From assembly GCA_049322915.1 (NCBI GenBank), contig JBMOPW010000020.1, positions 96,001 to 160,000 on the forward strand: 64,000 bases of DNA, given 5' to 3'. The notes beneath the pieces were generated by a model. It ran no database searches. It saw nothing but the letters and a program-made list of their open reading frames with translations, and was not told the DNA's origin. This DNA comes from Candidatus Zhuqueibacterota bacterium (GTDB lineage Bacteria; Zhuqueibacterota; Zhuqueibacteria; Thermofontimicrobiales; Thermofontimicrobiaceae). The translations under genes and the position numbers were made by a program. Positions within the stretch are counted from its first letter, which is position 1. Every line of letters starts with the position of its first letter. This document shows, one piece after another, positions 59,688 to 64,000 of this stretch.

Positions 59688-62531
59688 ATGAAAAAGAATA
59701 GAATTTCATGTTGCGTTTTGCTAACGATTTTATTTGCGCAGATTTCACTTGGAGCCGATTTTACAGTGCGCGGAAGGGTGACAGATTCGCAGACCGATGC
59801 CCCGCTTCCCAAAGCAAATGTCATGATAGAAGGAACTTCCCTGGGAACGATCTCAGATGATGCCGGTCGTTTTACTCTGAAAATTCCCAACCCAGGGACT
59901 TATGTCCTTCAGGTCAAATACATCGGATATAAGAAATACAGGCAGTCGCTAAACTTTTCGTCCGATCGAATTGTGGAGGTGAATATTGCCCTGGTACCCA
60001 CTGTCATTTCCAGCCAGGGAGTGACGGTTACGGCGAAAGCTGATGTGAACAGGGCTATGGAGCGGAAAACGCCGGTGGCGTTCACTAAACTGGACGTGGT
60101 TGAAATACAGAGAAACTACACCACAGGCGATCTGCCGGAGCTCATTCAGGATGTGCCTGGCGTTTGGACTTCCAGCGCCGGTCTTGGCGAATCGGAAATT
60201 ATAGTCCGTGGTTTTACCTCCGACAAAGTGCGTTTTATGATTAATGATATTCCCATGAATGAGCCGGAGGACAACCAGGTTTACTGGTCGAACTGGGCAT
60301 CGCTTTCCAGCACAGCACAATCCATCGAAGTGCACCGCGGTCCCGGTTATTCGCTGTACGGGCCGGCGGCGTTTGGCGGCTCGGTTCACATCGAAACCAT
60401 GGGTGTCGCTTTGGTACCGGGTTCGATATTTCGAGTTTCCAGCGGTGTTTTTCAGCGACTTGGTATTAGCAACGGGATGAACGCCGGCCGTGTGTTCAAT
60501 CCCGAAGTTCCGGGAGAGATGACCGAAGCGACAAATGCGATAAATTATACCTATTCACTCAGAATGAATTCCGGTCCGCTTATGAAAGGGAAACTGAATG
60601 TATGCGCATTTCTGGAATATAAAACCGGCGATTCCTATCTTTATGGGACAACGTACGACGGCTACTCTTTTGGTCTCGAAGCAGAGAGTCTGTTGCGCCA
60701 GCACCGACTTCGCTTCAGCTTCTTCATTTCACCTCAATCGCATAACCAGGCCTTTGCTCTGCAGGACATCGATTTGCTGGATTCCATTGGCCGTGAATAC
60801 AACCGGAAAGATCACAGTTACCAGGAAAATTATTATTCGAAACCATTCTGGTCGTTGAAACACGAATGGACTATCTCAGATAAGCAAATTTTGGTGAGCA
60901 GTGTTTATTATACTATTGGAAAAGGCGCCGATCAAACGCTGGTGAATGATGTGTTTGATGTGAACACTGGTGCTGTCGAATTTCAGCCCGTTAATACTGG
61001 CACAACGCTGCAAGCGTTCGGAAAACATGCTGCATTTTTGTATGAAAAATTTGGCCTGTGGTGCACCGATTTTATGCCGTTGAATGAAGATTGGTCTTTG
61101 TCCGATCCGTACAATCAAAACAGCTACAAGCAAACATTAGTCGGGAGATCCGGCGTCAATCTTTTCACTGAAAATCATGATCATAGCTGGCAGCGGAGAA
61201 ATCGCCGAGATCACAATCAATTGGGGATTTACAGTTACTATAAAAGAGACATTGGAGCAAAAATTCAGGTGATTGCCGGAGGCGAGGGACGCGTCTGGCG
61301 TGGCCATCGTGAAGCAGAGATCTGGTATTTGAAGTTCGGGCCAGGCATCACGTTCAGGGGCCTGGATGTTCACAATATCGTCGGCGAAAATGTGCAGACC
61401 GACCAATTGCAATCGCTATATAATTATAATACAGAAGTAGATAATTTATCGGTATTCTCTCGCGTTAATTTAAATCCGTTCGAGGATTTTACGTTGCAGG
61501 CGGGCGGGCAATTTGCCTTCACAAACATGAAAGTTATTGAAAATCCAATTCGTTTTTTGGATATCGGCAGTTTTCTTTTTTTTAAGGACTCCTATCGCAC
61601 TTCAGCGGATCAGATCAATGAAGATGGCTCACTAAAATTCACTGATGGCGACTATAAAAGATCATTCAACTTTTTTACGCCATGGCTGGGGTGCAACTAC
61701 AATATAACAGAGACAATGAATGCATTTTCCAACTACGCGACATCAAAAAAAGAACCTGCTATTCTGGACTGGTATGATTTCGCAGAAGGTCCCATGTTGG
61801 CAGAGGCAAACGGGAGGAAATTGCAGCCGGAAACAGCAACCAGCCTCGAAGTCGGAGTGGGGTATAAAACATTACTTTTGGAATCGAAATTGAATTGTTA
61901 TTACACGCGCTACAGCGACAAGATTGAATCGGTCATCGATATTAACGAGCAGCGGCGAACCATGAACGCTGGCCGCGCTGTTTTCCAGGGATTTGAGTGG
62001 GAATTCAAGGGGAAGATGATGGATTTTGATTTTTCCGGCACGGCAACAATTTCCCGAAACCGCTGGATTTCCATGAATGTTGATTCAATCTTCGGCGCAG
62101 CGGCAACAGATGTGAAGGGTAAGGTTGTGCCTTTTGCACCGGAGCGAATGTTTTCAGCCTGCTTCGGATATCGCTTCGAACCATTTCCTAGTCATAATTA
62201 TCATTTTGCATTCCGTTTGAATTATTGGGACGAGTACTACGGCACTTATACGAACGAACATATCGATGCCAAAGGATATGTAAAAAAAGCCAAATTGCCT
62301 TATTTTCTCGACATCAGCGGTCAGTTAAGTTTTACGAAGATAATGAAAAAAGTCGATCTCACGTTTCGGCTCGATGTGAATAATCTACTCAACCGTCGAG
62401 ACAATTTCATGCGCGCGCAGTACACAATCGATTACACCCGAAATGATATTCTTGCCGGAAAATATAACTGGTATGTGTTGCAAGCGCCGCTTTTCAATGT
62501 GTTTCTGACAGGCGAGGTTGCCATTCATTAA
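59688..62531 (+). CDS. TonB-dependent receptor (CarboxypepD_reg-like domain, plug, barrel; no STN domain)
   Basis: VRGRVTDSQTDAPLPKANV directly after the signal peptide; plug IVRGF..INDIP..IEVHRGPG.SLYG..AFGGSV; LQPE..SLEVG and VNNLLN. Confidence 0.9.
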   Translation: MKKNRISCCVLLTILFAQISLGADFTVRGRVTDSQTDAPLPKANVMIEGTSLGTISDDAGRFTLKIPNPGTYVLQVKYIGYKKYRQSLNFSSDRIVEVNIALVPTVISSQGVTVTAKADVNRAMERKTPVAFTKLDVVEIQRNYTTGDLPELIQDVPGVWTSSAGLGESEIIVRGFTSDKVRFMINDIPMNEPEDNQVYWSNWASLSSTAQSIEVHRGPGYSLYGPAAFGGSVHIETMGVALVPGSIFRVSSGVFQRLGISNGMNAGRVFNPEVPGEMTEATNAINYTYSLRMNSGPLMKGKLNVCAFLEYKTGDSYLYGTTYDGYSFGLEAESLLRQHRLRFSFFISPQSHNQAFALQDIDLLDSIGREYNRKDHSYQENYYSKPFWSLKHEWTISDKQILVSSVYYTIGKGADQTLVNDVFDVNTGAVEFQPVNTGTTLQAFGKHAAFLYEKFGLWCTDFMPLNEDWSLSDPYNQNSYKQTLVGRSGVNLFTENHDHSWQRRNRRDHNQLGIYSYYKRDIGAKIQVIAGGEGRVWRGHREAEIWYLKFGPGITFRGLDVHNIVGENVQTDQLQSLYNYNTEVDNLSVFSRVNLNPFEDFTLQAGGQFAFTNMKVIENPIRFLDIGSFLFFKDSYRTSADQINEDGSLKFTDGDYKRSFNFFTPWLGCNYNITETMNAFSNYATSKKEPAILDWYDFAEGPMLAEANGRKLQPETATSLEVGVGYKTLLLESKLNCYYTRYSDKIESVIDINEQRRTMNAGRAVFQGFEWEFKGKMMDFDFSGTATISRNRWISMNVDSIFGAAATDVKGKVVPFAPERMFSACFGYRFEPFPSHNYHFAFRLNYWDEYYGTYTNEHIDAKGYVKKAKLPYFLDISGQLSFTKIMKKVDLTFRLDVNNLLNRRDNFMRAQYTIDYTRNDILAGKYNWYVLQAPLFNVFLTGEVAIH

Positions 62532-62570
62532 TTTGATGAGGACAGTCATAAATATTAAAGAGGGAAAAGA

Positions 62571-63515
62571 ATGAAATTTAAGAAATTATTATTCGCTGCT
62601 CTGTTTTTCTTGTTGTTCTTTTCTTCCGCGTTGTTGTCGCAGGACGAAATCTCTCACCTGAAAGTTACGGGTAAACTGGGAATTCTTTTGGCTGCGGATA
62701 GGGGTGCGGAAGATGGTATTGAAATTGATTGGGTTTACGACATGAAACGAATTGTAATGAACGATACCTTTCATGTCGGAACAGCGGTTGTGTCCAGAGT
62801 AGAACCTAAAATGTGTTATTTGAAACCATTCTTTGTGAGTCCGTTCAGGGCACGGGAGAATGATGATTTATTTAAAAATGTGGCTTTGACCGAAAGTCTC
62901 ATGCGCACCAAATCGAATGATTTCTGGAACGAAATTCAGAGCTGCAATGCGGGTGTTGGCAACCTTGATTTTATTGATGGTAGGAATTTCAGGAACTGTG
63001 TTATCACCATGAAGGACGGGGTAAGCGTCAAAGTGAAAGATCTCATTGTAAAAGCGAATGAAGGAATATTAATACCGCAAAAATACACAACCAAGCGGGA
63101 GCTTGTGCCGATTGAGGGTATTCAAAGTATCAAGACTTCCACAGGTAACTATGCATTATTTGGCGCGGTGATTGGGGCTTCGATTGGCGGAGGAGCAGTG
63201 CTGCTGTTGCATCAGAGCAATGTTGAATTGGACACTACTTATTACTTCGTAAGTTCGCTGAATCAGTACGGCAACATCATCGGCTGGTCCAAGATGATGA
63301 AGGTAGTAAAAAAAGACCATCGGCTACCAATGTTCACGCGGATTGCCATGGTAAGCGGCGGTTATCTTTTAGGCTCAATCATCGGATACGCGTTCAAAGG
63401 TAACTATAAGGAAATCTATTCATCGGGAAAGTGGGATGGAAAAATGTCCTTGAATTGGAATATTACCCAGCCCTGGCCGGATGCGATTGGTATCAACCTC
63501 AATCTTTGTTTTTGA
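62571..63515 (+). CDS. Secreted/membrane hypothetical protein with glycine-zipper segments
   Basis: Signal peptide; GAVIGASIGGG and GGYLLGSIIG helices; RBS GAGG. Confidence 0.7.
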   Translation: MKFKKLLFAALFFLLFFSSALLSQDEISHLKVTGKLGILLAADRGAEDGIEIDWVYDMKRIVMNDTFHVGTAVVSRVEPKMCYLKPFFVSPFRARENDDLFKNVALTESLMRTKSNDFWNEIQSCNAGVGNLDFIDGRNFRNCVITMKDGVSVKVKDLIVKANEGILIPQKYTTKRELVPIEGIQSIKTSTGNYALFGAVIGASIGGGAVLLLHQSNVELDTTYYFVSSLNQYGNIIGWSKMMKVVKKDHRLPMFTRIAMVSGGYLLGSIIGYAFKGNYKEIYSSGKWDGKMSLNWNITQPWPDAIGINLNLCF

Positions 63516-63572
63516 AATTTAAAGCATATTCACGTTTGGGCAGAATGTCGAATTTAAGCCAGGAGTCCAAAG

Positions 63573-64000
63573 ATGAGAAGGATAGTACTGATTATTTTAT
63601 CACTGTTCATTTCAGTTCTTTTCATGCAATGCACAAGCTATACCATCAATGTAGCAACAGTGCCGGCAAAGAAAGTAGAGATATATGTGAATGATGAATA
63701 CAAAGCGACGACAGATGAAAATGGCACGGCCACCATGAAAATTGATGGCGCATCGTTTGAGGAAATGCAGCTTGTTGAAGCGAAGGCTGATAATTACTAC
63801 GGCTTTGTAAGTGTCAGTTATGGCAAAGGCGTTTCACCCGAGACGCAAAATGTATATTCGGTTGTCAATCCCAACCCAAAAGAAGGTAAGCAGAAAGCAA
63901 AGATGCATTACAACATTGTTTTCATGATCCCTGAAGGTGAAACAACTCAGCCACGGTTTGTTGAATCAAAAATTGCAGCGATAAAAGAAGACACATCGTT
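63573..64000 (+). CDS. Putative lipoprotein, 3'-truncated by the window edge (absent from the ORF track)
   Basis: RBS AGGAG, then MRRIVLIILSLFISVLFMQC-TSYTINVATVPAKKVEIYVNDEY (PEGA-like); frame open to the end of the window. Confidence 0.7.
   Translation, partial: MRRIVLIILSLFISVLFMQCTSYTINVATVPAKKVEIYVNDEYKATTDENGTATMKIDGASFEEMQLVEAKADNYYGFVSVSYGKGVSPETQNVYSVVNPNPKEGKQKAKMHYNIVFMIPEGETTQPRFVESKIAAIKEDTS

Overview
A 64-kb bacterial chromosomal window. Gene content (CarboxypepD_reg-type TonB-dependent receptors, a PorV-family barrel, a T9SS-type C-terminal sorting domain, TamA/TamB) points to an FCB-group organism, probably KSB1/Calditrichota/Ignavibacteriota-like; this taxonomy is inference. 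From left to right: a housekeeping operon (rsmB, PASTA protein, rpe, cold-shock protein, xerD, birA, coaX); a sigma54 module (degenerate histidine kinase plus NtrC-type activator); a minus-strand block (M14 peptidase, metallophosphoesterase, tamA, tamB); a dense signalling island (about 19-34 kb) with three histidine kinases and several receivers; a succinate-to-propionate cluster (split methylmalonyl-CoA mutase, epimerase, Na+-pumping methylmalonyl-CoA decarboxylase); a TBDR / T9SS-cargo / PorV triad with accessory genes; and an ECF / FecR / TBDR cell-surface-signalling locus. I saw no rRNA, tRNA, CRISPR array or intact transposase. Best novelty candidates: (1) a split cell-surface-signalling system where the STN signalling domain sits on a separate STN-TonB_C protein, not on the receptor; (2) an intact receiver domain joined through one TM helix to a periplasmic MltD-like lytic transglycosylase; (3) the SusD-less TBDR / T9SS-cargo / PorV triad; (4) an ExeA-like AAA ATPase fused to an HD-GYP domain; (5) a ChpT/Spo0B-like pseudokinase. 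Several non-coding repeat structures also stand out. All family calls come from reading motifs by eye; no database search was run.
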